DNA of 64,000 nucleotides from Candidatus Obscuribacterales bacterium (GCA_965228855.1 CBDDIJ010000002.1:64001-128000); one strand, 5' to 3'; counted from the stretch's first letter, positions 49,934 through 60,143 are shown. The notes: a model not told the origin generated them from the letters alone. A program made the numbers and translations.

Positions 49934-51016
49934 GTGACCGACGACAAAAATTCTCAACACTCCCACTCCACGCCACCGAGCGGCATCGCGTACGGTCTTC
50001 TGTCCGCTCTACTTTTCGGCTTGAGCACTCCATTTGCCAAATTACTCGTCGGCGAAATCGAACCGTTGATGCTGGCCGCGCTTCTGTATCTCGGCTCAGG
50101 CTGCGGATTGTCGCTGTTGTGGCTTGTAAAACGAATGCGCTCACCAGAACGTCTAAATCCGATCAAGCGAAACGAACTACCGTGGCTAATCGGCGCCATC
50201 GCGTTTGGTGGCATCATTTCGCCCGTATTACTGATGTTCGGCTTATCTATTACAATGGGCTCCACGGGCTCACTGTTACTCAATTTAGAGGGCGTCCTGA
50301 CAGCGGTTTTAGCCTGGGTCGTTTTCAAAGAAAACTGCGATCGCCGGATAGTCTTCGGAATGGTCGCCATCGCCCTCGGTGGCATTGTACTTTCAGTCGC
50401 CGGACAAAACGGTTTCGAACTCAGCTGGGGATGCGTCTTGATCGTTCTCGCGTGCCTAGGCTGGGCGATCGACAACAATCTCACCAGACAGATCTCGCAC
50501 GCAGAACCACTTCAAATCGCTCTAACCAAGGGCGTCTGCGCAGGCGCCGTCAACCTCACGCTCGCTTTATCTCTGAGCAATTCGGCACCACCACCGGTGA
50601 CAATTGCTAGCGCAATGCTGGTTGGTTTTCTCGGCTACGGCATCAGCCTGGTGCTGTTCGTTCTTGCCCTGCGGTACGTTGGCACGGCGAGAGCCGGAGC
50701 ATATTTCTCTACCGCTCCGTTCATCGGCGCCTTAGCTGCAATTGTTTTACTTAGAGAGCCGATCTCCTGGAACCTGGCTGTAGCCGCCCTTCTGATGGGC
50801 GTTGGCGTATATCTACACCTCAGCGAAAAACACGAGCACTACCATGTTCACGATGAATTGTTCCACGACCACGAACACATCCACGACGAACATCATCAGC
50901 ACCAACACAACGATGAAGACCCGCATGGTGAGCCGCACACGCACGCCCACCGACACGAGCCTCTAGCTCACGCACACGGACACTACCCGGATCTTCATCA
51001 TCGCCACGAACATTGA
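49934..51016 (+). CDS. EamA/DMT transporter with His-rich C-terminal tail
   Basis: About 10 TM helices; W.IDNNLTR; H.PDLHHRH.H tail. Confidence 0.9.
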   Translation: MTDDKNSQHSHSTPPSGIAYGLLSALLFGLSTPFAKLLVGEIEPLMLAALLYLGSGCGLSLLWLVKRMRSPERLNPIKRNELPWLIGAIAFGGIISPVLLMFGLSITMGSTGSLLLNLEGVLTAVLAWVVFKENCDRRIVFGMVAIALGGIVLSVAGQNGFELSWGCVLIVLACLGWAIDNNLTRQISHAEPLQIALTKGVCAGAVNLTLALSLSNSAPPPVTIASAMLVGFLGYGISLVLFVLALRYVGTARAGAYFSTAPFIGALAAIVLLREPISWNLAVAALLMGVGVYLHLSEKHEHYHVHDELFHDHEHIHDEHHQHQHNDEDPHGEPHTHAHRHEPLAHAHGHYPDLHHRHEH

Positions 51017-51032
51017 GCAAGAGAAACGCTGC

Positions 51033-51842
51033 TCAGTCCCACCAGAGAAGAATCTTAGCGCCTTTCTCAAGCCCATGAACGAAGGCCTCATAGTTCCTCA
51101 CTTCCGTGCGATTGGGTTTTATATTCGGAAATTCATCCGGGCAATATGCCGGATGCAGCTCAGGACAAACTTTCAGTATGAGCTTAGCCAATTTGTATTT
51201 ATCGGCGGGAGTCTTCCTGAGTGAAAAAGTCAAAGTGTCAAAACATGCCTGACTAATGTCTATGCCAGCGTAACGATCGACAGCCTGCAAGCGTGTTATA
51301 ACGTCGCCCGTAGTCATAGAATAATTGACCGGCTCAGTGCCTGCCAACTTCACGATGTCGAATTGAGAACTACCCGGACCGACGGCCAGCTCCAAACGCG
51401 CGATCTCGACCTCTCCTCGCCGCTGACCTGCACGACTCCAACCACTATGCAGAAATCGATTTGTACCAACAAACGCAACAAATCCTGGCGGCAGAACGGT
51501 CCGAAGCCGCCTGAGAGCAGCGTTCGCCTTCTGGTATAGCAATGACATTGTCTTCCCACCGCCAAAATCCACATTTCTGAGGTAAGCAGCCTGGTAAACA
51601 ACGCAGATTGTTTCGGGCTGTGCCTGACGTCCAAAGTCTAGATATCCATGCTGTAAAACCTTCTCGCCTGTCACTTTTCCAAGAATGGGGGTTAAGACCT
51701 TTTTCCAGGGGCGCGCATTGGGCGATACTACTTGCGGTGGCACGTCGTCACTGGCGAACGACGAAGCAGAGCATGAAAACAACACAAAATACGCTAAGGA
51801 CGCGGTCAGGGAAGACGAGTTAAAAGAACTTCTCTTTAACAT
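51033..51842 (-). CDS. Exported DUF4253-like protein
   Basis: GT..VNY, FDTL.F, CP and terminal LWWD. Confidence 0.6.
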   Translation of the reverse strand: MLKRSSFNSSSLTASLAYFVLFSCSASSFASDDVPPQVVSPNARPWKKVLTPILGKVTGEKVLQHGYLDFGRQAQPETICVVYQAAYLRNVDFGGGKTMSLLYQKANAALRRLRTVLPPGFVAFVGTNRFLHSGWSRAGQRRGEVEIARLELAVGPGSSQFDIVKLAGTEPVNYSMTTGDVITRLQAVDRYAGIDISQACFDTLTFSLRKTPADKYKLAKLILKVCPELHPAYCPDEFPNIKPNRTEVRNYEAFVHGLEKGAKILLWWD

Positions 51843-51852
51843 CTTCCGAACG

Positions 51853-52473
51853 TTACGTCGACGATCCAGTCTGCATTGTTTCCCAGCGCCCTGTGCGGCT
51901 CATGGTGTCCGTTTCCTTGGTGCGCAAAATCTTTTCCTTGATGCGGTAGGCCTCATCCTTGCGCCCGTGATCTTCCAAGAACTTGATGTAGTGCGTCTGC
52001 AGCTTAATCACCTGCGGATCTTTTTCGCCGAGCAAATGTGTTTTCGCTTCAATCGCTTCTTTGAAGTACCGCTCGGCCTCTTCTTTCTTGCCCCAGTAGT
52101 GGTAGAGAAGTGCAGCGTTTTGAACTATCGTCGAAGTCTCCACACTTTTCGCGCCGGTGAGCCGGGTGTAGACCTTGATCAGCCGTTTAAGAACCGGCGC
52201 GCCGTTTTTGTACCGCTCTGTCGCATAGTAAATACGGCTCAGCGTCTGCAAAGTTTGAATCAAACGCGGATCGCTGTCGTCATACTCTTCCATCAGCTCC
52301 ATGGCAAAAAGCGCCAGATCCTCAGCCTCAGCATACTGTTTCGCAGCCATCGCCTGCTCAATCGAACGCGCCAAAACCGGCCACTTCCTGTCCGCTTCTG
52401 TATATGGGTCCTGCGTTTTCTGTTCCTTGGTCGCCACTTTCCCCGAGCACCAATCCCCTGAGGTATCTCCCAC
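51853..52473 (-). CDS. Tetratricopeptide repeat protein; paralog of 15796-16332
   Basis: TLQTLSRIYY, NAALLYHYWGK..EAE.YFKEA. Confidence 0.8.
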   Translation of the reverse strand: MGDTSGDWCSGKVATKEQKTQDPYTEADRKWPVLARSIEQAMAAKQYAEAEDLALFAMELMEEYDDSDPRLIQTLQTLSRIYYATERYKNGAPVLKRLIKVYTRLTGAKSVETSTIVQNAALLYHYWGKKEEAERYFKEAIEAKTHLLGEKDPQVIKLQTHYIKFLEDHGRKDEAYRIKEKILRTKETDTMSRTGRWETMQTGSST

Positions 52474-52531
52474 AGACTATATTCCTGCATTCGCCCCATC
52501 GCTAACACTTTCGGGACAAATTTCCTCAACG

Positions 52532-52921
52532 TCAGATAGTTTCGCCTGTAGAATCAGCTGGAGGGAATGTAAGAATCAGCCACCGAGCTGTCAGATCGAA
52601 AAGAAGAGCAACACAGACAGCAAACCGATATGCCTGAAATCGAGCCATCCAATTCGGTGTCGAGGCCTTTAAACACCAAAACAGCAGGAGCCGTACAAGC
52701 AAAAAAGGCGTCAAAACACAATCACCGGGAAGGACCTGACTTGACCAAAATACTCCCAAGGCAATGGATAAACACACTATCACCGACGTCACGATGAAGA
52801 TCCGACTCTGTTTTAGAATCAAAACGAGCTCTACGAGCGCCGCACAAGCGACACCGACATAAGAAGTCCAAAGCAAGAGGCCAGGACCTAGATATAAGAG
52901 ACCAGAGAAAAGGTCTGCCAT
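52532..52921 (-). CDS. Small hypothetical membrane protein
   Basis: About 4 hydrophobic segments. Confidence 0.45.
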   Translation of the reverse strand: MADLFSGLLYLGPGLLLWTSYVGVACAALVELVLILKQSRIFIVTSVIVCLSIALGVFWSSQVLPGDCVLTPFLLVRLLLFWCLKASTPNWMARFQAYRFAVCVALLFDLTARWLILTFPPADSTGETI

Positions 52922-53067
52922 GAAGATCACCGAATCAACGCTCTAATCAATCATAACACCGAGCAGAAGCCAACTTCAGAAGCCGGAACTGTTTCGCAAC
53001 CACTGCCTGCTCAATCGAACGCGCCAAACCGGCCACTTCCTGTTCGCACAACATCAGATAGTTTTCT

Positions 53068-53457
53068 CTAGGAGGTGAACGACGGATCGACAGGTGGAAA
53101 CCTGCTAGTTGGGTCAATAAATGCGTCGCCCGACAGAAGGGAAAATAGGGATACAAACGTCAGAAGAAAAACCGCGCCTCGGTAAATCATCGAGCGGTTC
53201 ATCCAGTCAGTCTTATCTCCGATTCGGCGCGACCAGACTATCGTGCGAATCAACGGTGGAAGAATCTGAAACCAGGTGGTCGCTTGAGCAAAGGACAGCC
53301 CATTCATCCACAACCAACCGACCAAGAACGCAATCCCGATACAGACTCCAGCGACGACATGAAGTGGAGCGCGGGTAAGCATCAGAAACATATCCGTGAT
53401 GATCAAAAGCAACACGAGAGCGATGAGCAGAATGAAAACGACCAGAACCGCCTGCAC
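53068..53457 (-). CDS. Small hypothetical membrane protein
   Basis: AGGAGG RBS, GTG start, 4 hydrophobic segments. Confidence 0.6.
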   Translation of the reverse strand: MQAVLVVFILLIALVLLLIITDMFLMLTRAPLHVVAGVCIGIAFLVGWLWMNGLSFAQATTWFQILPPLIRTIVWSRRIGDKTDWMNRSMIYRGAVFLLTFVSLFSLLSGDAFIDPTSRFPPVDPSFTS

Positions 53458-54019
53458 AATTCCTCCTGTTTAATTTCCATAATACCTGCCCGCCAAGGGG
53501 CTCAGAGGCAACACCAACCAAGCTGGGTCATCACACACAGCTGGGAAATTCCTGCTCGCTAGCACGCGCTAGCGCTAACAAAATTTCAACAACTGTAGCC
53601 ACAAACCCTCGCCTGGTGCGGACCTCCTTATGAGCGCGCGATAATGTTACGAGCTCGAAACCCGCCACCTGTGCAGCTTAGCAAACCTACACTTAATACC
53701 CCTTGAGAACCAACAAGCATAACACCTAAGTTCTCCGTATCCACAGTTTTTCCCAATTGTTCATCTAGCTTCCGACTTCAAAACTACAGCAATCACCTGA
53801 ATTTTCACTCGCGAGCCACCCACACCAGGCTCTCGGGGAGAAACAGTCACAGTGCTCAGCGGCAGTCAGCGAGAGGCGCGCGCGGTTTCTACCTCGTGCA
53901 GCCTGTCGCCATGCTGTCCCGCTGCAGTTCTCAGTGATCTGACAGTGAGAGTTGCCTCGTTTGCACGCGAAGCGGATGTTCACTTACCGAGTCGCCAAGC
54001 CGACTCCTGGAGGTTTCTT

Positions 54020-54781
54020 ATGACCACAATATTAGCGACCATCGTCACAGGCGGAGGCAGGGGCATCGGACGTGCCATTGCCAAACGCATGGCGTCACTG
54101 ACGCCTGTTTTAGTAGTGGGGCGCACTCAAAGCGATCTCGAGAGCGTCTGCAAGGAGATCACCGCCCTTGGTGGCACTGCCGATTTCATTGTCGGCGATG
54201 TCTCAGACCCGGCAACAGCGACGGCCGCCGTCGCACAGCTCGCCGCAGCCGGTCTCTCCGTCGGCAACCTCGTGTGCAACGCAGGCATCGGAACCTCCGG
54301 CGCCGCGCACACGATGGACCAAAAGGCTTGGAAGGACATGTTCGCCGTCAACGTCGACGGTGCAATGTGGTTCATCCAGGCGTGTTTGCCGCAGATGATC
54401 GAGCGCAAGTCCGGCTCCATCTGCGTGATTTCGAGCGTTGCCGGCGTGAAAGGTTTCAAATACCAGACCGCTTACTGCGCCACCAAGCACGCGCTTGTCG
54501 GCATGGCACGCGCGATTGCGCTCGAGGTCGCGAAGCACAACATTCAGGTGGTGCCGATTTGCCCCTCGTTCGTCGAGAGCGAGATGACCGACCGCACCAT
54601 CGCCGGACTCGTGAAGCACCGCAGCATCAGCACTGCCGAAGCTCGAACCATCGTCGAGAACACAAACCCGCAGAAGCGCATCATCCCCGCCGAAGAAGTG
54701 GCGGAGTTGGTCGCGACCGTGTGTCAGGGTCTCGTCAAATCTCTCAACGGTCAGCCGCTCATGATGACCGGCGGCGAATAA
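54020..54781 (+). CDS. Short-chain dehydrogenase/reductase
   Basis: TGGGRGIG, CNAG, ISS and YCATK; GGAGG RBS. Confidence 0.93.
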   Translation: MTTILATIVTGGGRGIGRAIAKRMASLTPVLVVGRTQSDLESVCKEITALGGTADFIVGDVSDPATATAAVAQLAAAGLSVGNLVCNAGIGTSGAAHTMDQKAWKDMFAVNVDGAMWFIQACLPQMIERKSGSICVISSVAGVKGFKYQTAYCATKHALVGMARAIALEVAKHNIQVVPICPSFVESEMTDRTIAGLVKHRSISTAEARTIVENTNPQKRIIPAEEVAELVATVCQGLVKSLNGQPLMMTGGE

Positions 54782-54791
54782 GGAGCAACCC

Positions 54792-55463
54792 ATGGACATC
54801 GGAATTTCGTTCATGCTCACCGAGCTGAAGAAGTGGGTTCGCCAAACAGCTGCGCAGTCCAACGGGCTGCTCGTGCCCGTTTCCGGCGGCTCCGATTCGG
54901 CGCTCGCGTTTCACATCCTGAGTTCGGTTTACCCCGAGAAGACCGTCGGCGTCTTCGTCGGCAAAGATCTGCGCGCGCGCGAGTGGTTCGAATCCGAGGG
55001 CAACATCCGCTACCTGCCCGCCCTCGCATCGCGTAATCACGCAGAGGTCGAGCGCAACGCCGTCTTCCAGAAGCTCGCCCTCGACGAGAACCGCTGGCTG
55101 GTCGGCACGCGCAACCGCACCGAGAACACCTTCGGCACTTTCAGCCTGGCAAGCCGGGTCGCGACCTACTTGCCGATCGTCGGTCTCTGGAAAACCGACA
55201 TCATGCAACTCTGCTCGCTGATCGGCGTGCCGGAGGAAGTGATGGCATCCAGTCGCCGAGCCGATCCCGATTGTGGACGCCCGGCCGAACTCGCCGAGAT
55301 CCCGCTCGAACAGATCGACATTTTCCTCAAGGTTCGCATCGGACTCTTGGGCGAAGAAGCGCTCACGAGCCTGACTTCGGCGCAAGTTGCTTACCTCGAC
55401 AAGGCGTACAAGGGCAACAAGTGGCGCACCGGTCTGCCCACGGAAGGTCCTCAGCTTGATTGA
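54792..55463 (+). CDS. Compact NAD synthetase (NadE)-like PP-loop enzyme
   Basis: VSGGSDSA, VGT.NRTE..G.F, PI..LWKTDI..L...IGVPEE. Confidence 0.7.
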   Translation: MDIGISFMLTELKKWVRQTAAQSNGLLVPVSGGSDSALAFHILSSVYPEKTVGVFVGKDLRAREWFESEGNIRYLPALASRNHAEVERNAVFQKLALDENRWLVGTRNRTENTFGTFSLASRVATYLPIVGLWKTDIMQLCSLIGVPEEVMASSRRADPDCGRPAELAEIPLEQIDIFLKVRIGLLGEEALTSLTSAQVAYLDKAYKGNKWRTGLPTEGPQLD

Positions 55464-55535
55464 GAAGAACTGCAACGCCACGCTCGACCTCGTCAATTCT
55501 CAACGCATACAGTCTAACCGTAAGGATTTCCCTTC

Positions 55536-56096
55536 ATGGTGAAAAAGACCGTCGAACTGTTTTGCGCCTGCACAGCCGCAGCCATCCTCTGGCTGTGGCT
55601 GTTGCCGGCGATTGGCATAACGTCTTACCTGGTACATGGCGGCATCATCGTCGTCGTCGCCTGGTACACGCTTCGACTCGTTGGCGTCACGGACCGGCTG
55701 CTCGACAAGATTCTGCCCCCGCGAACCAAGGTCGTCGAGATCACCGCCGATGGTGTCATCATTTTCGATGCCCGGGAGAGCTGGCGCTCCAAAGAGCTCA
55801 CGCTCTGGAAGTCCAACGCTCGTCCCGTTCTCGTAGAACCGGATCGCCTCGATAGCGCCGTCGTCGACTACCAACTCGCCGTCGATGAGGCTAGGCACGG
55901 CAGCGTCGAGGCCTGCGAAAAGCTCATCGACCTCGCCATCCCTGAGCTTCGGTGGGTGCCCACGCAAGCAAAGCTGCTTGCCGCGCCGATCGTCATGATG
56001 CAGAGCTTCGAAGCGAGCGGGGACAGAGCGAAAGCCGCGGAGTTCAAAGCCCAAGTCAACCGGCTGGCAGACGTGTTTGACGTCCCGTCGTTCTGA
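55536..56096 (+). CDS. Hypothetical membrane protein
   Basis: Two N-terminal TM helices; co-oriented with the SDR and NadE-like genes. Confidence 0.6.
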   Translation: MVKKTVELFCACTAAAILWLWLLPAIGITSYLVHGGIIVVVAWYTLRLVGVTDRLLDKILPPRTKVVEITADGVIIFDARESWRSKELTLWKSNARPVLVEPDRLDSAVVDYQLAVDEARHGSVEACEKLIDLAIPELRWVPTQAKLLAAPIVMMQSFEASGDRAKAAEFKAQVNRLADVFDVPSF

Positions 56097-56296
56097 TTCG
56101 GCAGCGTAACTCACATCAATAGAAGTCAGTTTTCCGACCTGACGCCAAGATTGGCTTGCAGAGCGTATCTGCAAGCCAGTTTTGCTCGAAACTGTTCTTT
56201 TATATCGGATAGTACAACATCGCAGCATCAAAAACGTTCGAAACCAGCCAGAACACCCGCAAACGCATGTGCAATGTCCGAGCCCATCGAACGCCA

Positions 56297-56353
56297 GAAG
56301 AAGAAGAAGAAGAAGAAGAAAAGTGCGCTAACGCCCGAAGGCGTTAGCGCTTA
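56297..56353 (-). terminator. Terminator hairpin adjacent to a (GAA)8 microsatellite
   Basis: gcgctaacgcc-cgaa-ggcgttagcgc followed on the minus strand by a pyrimidine tract. Confidence 0.7.
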
Positions 56354-56373
56354 TCGTCAGACCGAAACGCCGC

Positions 56374-56640
56374 TTACGGCAGCCCGGACTTCCGCTTGTG
56401 CAGCGCCTCGTTGAAGAGGTCCTGCGAAGCGGGAGTCGCGAGATCGGTTCCGTAGCCCAGCGACAACCAGTGCGGAGGCGCGTCGACGATTTCGTCGGCG
56501 ACCGACTGGGTGAGCTGGTCAGCCATGGTGGGCGGTTCCGAAAATGCGGGCATCATCGGAAACACATCCCGCCACAGCGAGTTCGACAGAGCGTCGGCAA
56601 GACTCATACCTCGCCGCTCGTCGTCGTCGAAGATGCTCAT
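56374..56640 (-). CDS. Small hypothetical protein
   Basis: AAGGAG RBS and a downstream terminator. Confidence 0.65.
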   Translation of the reverse strand: MSIFDDDERRGMSLADALSNSLWRDVFPMMPAFSEPPTMADQLTQSVADEIVDAPPHWLSLGYGTDLATPASQDLFNEALHKRKSGLP

Positions 56641-56724
56641 GGTTGCTCCTTCATCAAGAGAAGTTGGAACAATCCCGACTCGGCAGAATTGCCGAGCCGG
56701 GTCCTGGTCGATGAGCCGTGGAGC

Positions 56725-57546
56725 TCAGCCGAGCAGGTTCAGCGTGGTGCGCGCCGGCACCCAGTCACTTGCCGTGCCATCGCAGCGGCAGTCTTCGAAG
56801 CCGCAGGCATGGCAGTTGACCGGCTTGGTCGGCAGGTGGTTCCAGATCGACTCGACCTCGTTGTCGAAGTCGCTCCGGTCCGATTCCTCGCAGTCGCAGT
56901 CATGGTCGCAACCACAGCCGCAGCCGGAGTACGAACCGTAACCATCGTCCGCGAAGTACCAGTCGTCGTTGCGCTCGAAGCCCATGTTCGGCGTCGCATG
57001 ACGGAACTCGGCATACGCAGCGCTCTTCGGCTTCGTCGTGCGGAACGGCATGACCAGCCGCGGACGCCCGACGCAGACCATCTTGCCGCTGCGGTCGATG
57101 ACGATCTTGATCGCAGTCGACGACGTCGCCTCGACGATGCGAGCGAAGTACACCGTCTGTTTCGGGTTCTCGCCGACAATCTGGAACTGCCAGACCTTGC
57201 CGTCATTCTGAGGCTGCGGACCACGGCGCTCGGGGAAAACGACACGACCGCCGACCTTGATGGCAGCCATCAGCCCGCCCGAATTCGCCGCGACGAACTT
57301 GGAGCTGTGCGTGACGGTCTTCATGAAGCCGGTGATGGCGTCCTTCTTCGAAATCACCGTGACCGGCTTGGAGGCGCGGCGCGGACCGCCGGTCTGTGCG
57401 TTGTTGCGCGAGCCGCGATTCTGCAGACCATGGCGCCACGAGCCACTGTTCTGCGGTCCCCACGACTGACCACCACGGTTGCCGTTGTGATTGCCGCGAG
57501 CGCCATGCTGGTTGCGGGACGCGGGACGGGAAGAAATCTTGGACAT
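56725..57546 (-). CDS. Hypothetical protein with Gly/Arg/Asn-rich N-terminus and Cys-rich C-terminus
   Basis: GGAG RBS; CGCGCDHDCDC and CHAC..DCRC. Confidence 0.65.
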   Translation of the reverse strand: MSKISSRPASRNQHGARGNHNGNRGGQSWGPQNSGSWRHGLQNRGSRNNAQTGGPRRASKPVTVISKKDAITGFMKTVTHSSKFVAANSGGLMAAIKVGGRVVFPERRGPQPQNDGKVWQFQIVGENPKQTVYFARIVEATSSTAIKIVIDRSGKMVCVGRPRLVMPFRTTKPKSAAYAEFRHATPNMGFERNDDWYFADDGYGSYSGCGCGCDHDCDCEESDRSDFDNEVESIWNHLPTKPVNCHACGFEDCRCDGTASDWVPARTTLNLLG

Positions 57547-58194
57547 GAGGTTCTCCATTGCTGTCCAAAAAATTAGTAACGCCCCTCCGAGTGTCCATCC
57601 ACACACGCAAACCGCCGACGCCCCTAAGGTCGCAGGAAAGTTCGGATGTGCTTGGCTAAAGTACTAGCTGATGGAATCTCGTGAAAAGGAGAGTTACGGT
57701 GAGGTCTTATGCGTACACTTTGGCTCTCAGCAAAGACAACTCTTTTTAACACTCACTATGTATTAAACAGACGCGCGCCGATCCTCTGCACAGCACGACC
57801 GACCAGGATACTCCTGAACTACCGGCGGAAAAACTATTTACGAATCTCGGCTAGCGCGCCCCGCTCACACGTAGAAACCCATTAAGTTTTTTGCGATTGT
57901 TGCGCGATGTATAACCGCATCGTGACGGCACACGCGACATGCGTCAATCAGCCATGCCGACGAACCGATTCTAGACCGCTCGATGCTCGTCCGTCTACTA
58001 CCCCTCCTCGTAGCCGTGATCTCAAAACCGAGCCAAGAAGAGGGAGGCGGCATGACGCAGCACCTCCCTCTCGTTTGACTCTAGTCTCAGCCTCCCTACG
58101 CCTGTCCTCCTCAAGCATTGAAACTGCCGGCTGTTGCGGTTTCAGCTTGGATAGCTCCTGTTATTGCGGCTTCGGGCTGGTCGGCACCGACGTA

Positions 58195-58572
58195 TCAGGC
58201 GTCGTCTTTGCCGTCCTTCTTGTCGCCGCCCTCGCCCTGGTTCTTGCCGCCGCCCTTGCCATCACCGTCCGGCTTCTTGGGCTTCTTCGGCGTAAACATG
58301 ATGTACATGCGATAAACCTCACCGGCAAAAGCCATGCCGCCCAAAAGCAGCATGAGGAGGATGTTCCACGGCGCGCCGCCCAGCTTGTTTCCGAGCCACA
58401 TGCCGACGAAGCCGAACAGTACAGTCCCGATCGTCAGCGTGTAGGCGAATTGCGAAGCCGCAATCATGTTCACGTTTTCTCGGGCGCGCTCTTCCGGCGT
58501 CTTCGTCGGCGGCGACTCAGGCGACTTCGAGCCGTCTGATTGCCCCTCCTTACTGGTGTTCTCGTCTTTCAT
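58195..58572 (-). CDS. AtpZ/AtpI-like (ATPase gene 1 family) small membrane protein
   Basis: Two TM helices with the G.WLG.KLG..PW....LLG pattern. Confidence 0.65.
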   Translation of the reverse strand: MKDENTSKEGQSDGSKSPESPPTKTPEERARENVNMIAASQFAYTLTIGTVLFGFVGMWLGNKLGGAPWNILLMLLLGGMAFAGEVYRMYIMFTPKKPKKPDGDGKGGGKNQGEGGDKKDGKDDA

Positions 58573-58607
58573 GGCATTTCCTTTCCTAGACAATTCACCC
58601 GGTTGCG

Positions 58608-58832
58608 TTACTGATAGTTGATCGTCCAGACCTCAGCGGAGAGCGCCTTGGCGCCCTGCGAGACCAGGTACTCGGCAAAACTTTTACCACTGCTGTCGCC
58701 GCCGGAGGCGAACCAGGCAGCCTCTTCCTGCGCGACATCCATAGTCGCCGGAATCTCCAGAAACTCCTGCTTGTCCACATTGCCGGTCCACTGCTCAAGA
58801 GCCTGGACGACGAGGATGCGGGGCTGAGACAT
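58608..58832 (-). CDS. Small hypothetical protein
   Basis: AAGGA RBS, coding-like composition. Confidence 0.55.
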   Translation of the reverse strand: MSQPRILVVQALEQWTGNVDKQEFLEIPATMDVAQEEAAWFASGGDSSGKSFAEYLVSQGAKALSAEVWTINYQ

Positions 58833-58994
58833 GGGATGCGTGTCCTTATTTGCAAACCGAAAAGGTAGAGCCGCCCACTATGAGCGACTCTACCCACCTA
58901 TTCGGTTCTATTTCAATAAACCGCGAACGCTTGCCGCGCAGCGGAAACTAGCCATCAGCCTAACAAATGGCAGACACAGTTTCCGTTCAGAGAA

Positions 58995-59801
58995 CTAGCG
59001 CCCGCGAGGCTTCGAGCTGGCGAGACGAGCCGCCGAAGCGCTCTTCCCGCGCCCCGAGGCTTTCGCCTTGGCAGCGTCGATGAGCCCACGCACGGCGAGT
59101 TCCTCGATGACCGAGTCGACCAGGAAGTTACGCAGCGAAACGAGGCGTTCTTCCTCAGTGCCGAAAGTGGCGGTGTAATCAGCCATGCTGCGGCGAATCA
59201 CTTCCTCCGCTTCCTTGCGACCGTAGACTGCCCGAATCTCGACGACTTGCTTCCGAGAGTTGCTGCCCGGCGGGCGCTTGTAACTCAGGAAGTAGTGCTG
59301 GAGCCGCTCGATCAAGCCGGGCGGCGCGTCCTTGATGTCGCGGATGCCACCATATGCGATGTCGTTTTCCATCACCGCGATAATCTTGTCGTCCGCCTGG
59401 CCCTTGTCGACCATGCGGAGACCGCCGATGGGGCGCGCCGAGACGAGGATGTCGCCATGAGCGAAATCCTTCTCGGTCATGATGCAGATGTCGAGCGGGT
59501 CGCCGTCACCGGTGACTTTCTTGAGCCCGGTCTTCTGCATGCAAAACTCAGCGATGGTTTCACCGCAGTAGGTCTGCGGGACGAAACCATAAAGCATCGG
59601 ACAGAGTGACGAAAACCGCTGCGGGCGGTCGACGTGCAAGTGTCCGGTGGCCTTCGCGACCTCCAGCTTGACGGCACTGGTCGGGACAATCTCGATGTAA
59701 GACTGAACGATCTCCGGCGCAGACGCACCTGCAGACACACCGTGCCAGGGATGCGATTTGTACTGGGTCGATAGAAGCCTTTTGAATTCTTCGTGGATCA
59801 T
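58995..59801 (-). CDS. ppa: Family I inorganic pyrophosphatase
   Basis: HPWH, IEI, DR, YGFVPQTY, GDGDPLDI, D.G.ADDKII. Confidence 0.93.
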   Translation of the reverse strand: MIHEEFKRLLSTQYKSHPWHGVSAGASAPEIVQSYIEIVPTSAVKLEVAKATGHLHVDRPQRFSSLCPMLYGFVPQTYCGETIAEFCMQKTGLKKVTGDGDPLDICIMTEKDFAHGDILVSARPIGGLRMVDKGQADDKIIAVMENDIAYGGIRDIKDAPPGLIERLQHYFLSYKRPPGSNSRKQVVEIRAVYGRKEAEEVIRRSMADYTATFGTEEERLVSLRNFLVDSVIEELAVRGLIDAAKAKASGRGKSASAARLASSKPRGR

Positions 59802-59909
59802 GAGAGCTCCGTAGCGCTGGTGCGCTTCACAGACGATAAGAGCGGCGTGTGTTTCAGTCGCGCTCGAACTGCTCGAGCGAACTTCAACAGCCGCCTAAGA
59901 TAAAGGATT

Positions 59910-60138
59910 TGAGCGGACATAGCAATGCCGTCACCTGTTCCTGCGGAGATGAGCGGAACGACGATGCCGTCACCGCTTCTGCTGAGATGACAGGAACGGC
60001 AACGCCGGACCCACTTCTGCGGGGATTAAGTGAACGGCATTGCCGAGACCCACTTCTGCGGGACTGAAAGGAACGGCAACGTCGGCACCCACTTCAGCGG
60101 GACTGAGCGGAACGGCATTGCCGAGACCCGTTTCTGAC
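59910..60138. repeat. Minisatellite of about six 38-40-bp units
   Basis: tga.cggaacggca..gccg..accc.cttctgcggga repeated. Confidence 0.9.
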
Positions 60139-60143
60139 ATCCG

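Noticed and set aside
56297..56320. (GAA)8 tract as a poly-Lys CDS or phase-variation switch
   Set aside because: It is intergenic between convergent genes and next to a terminator. The 87-aa ORF over it lacks an RBS and coding bias.
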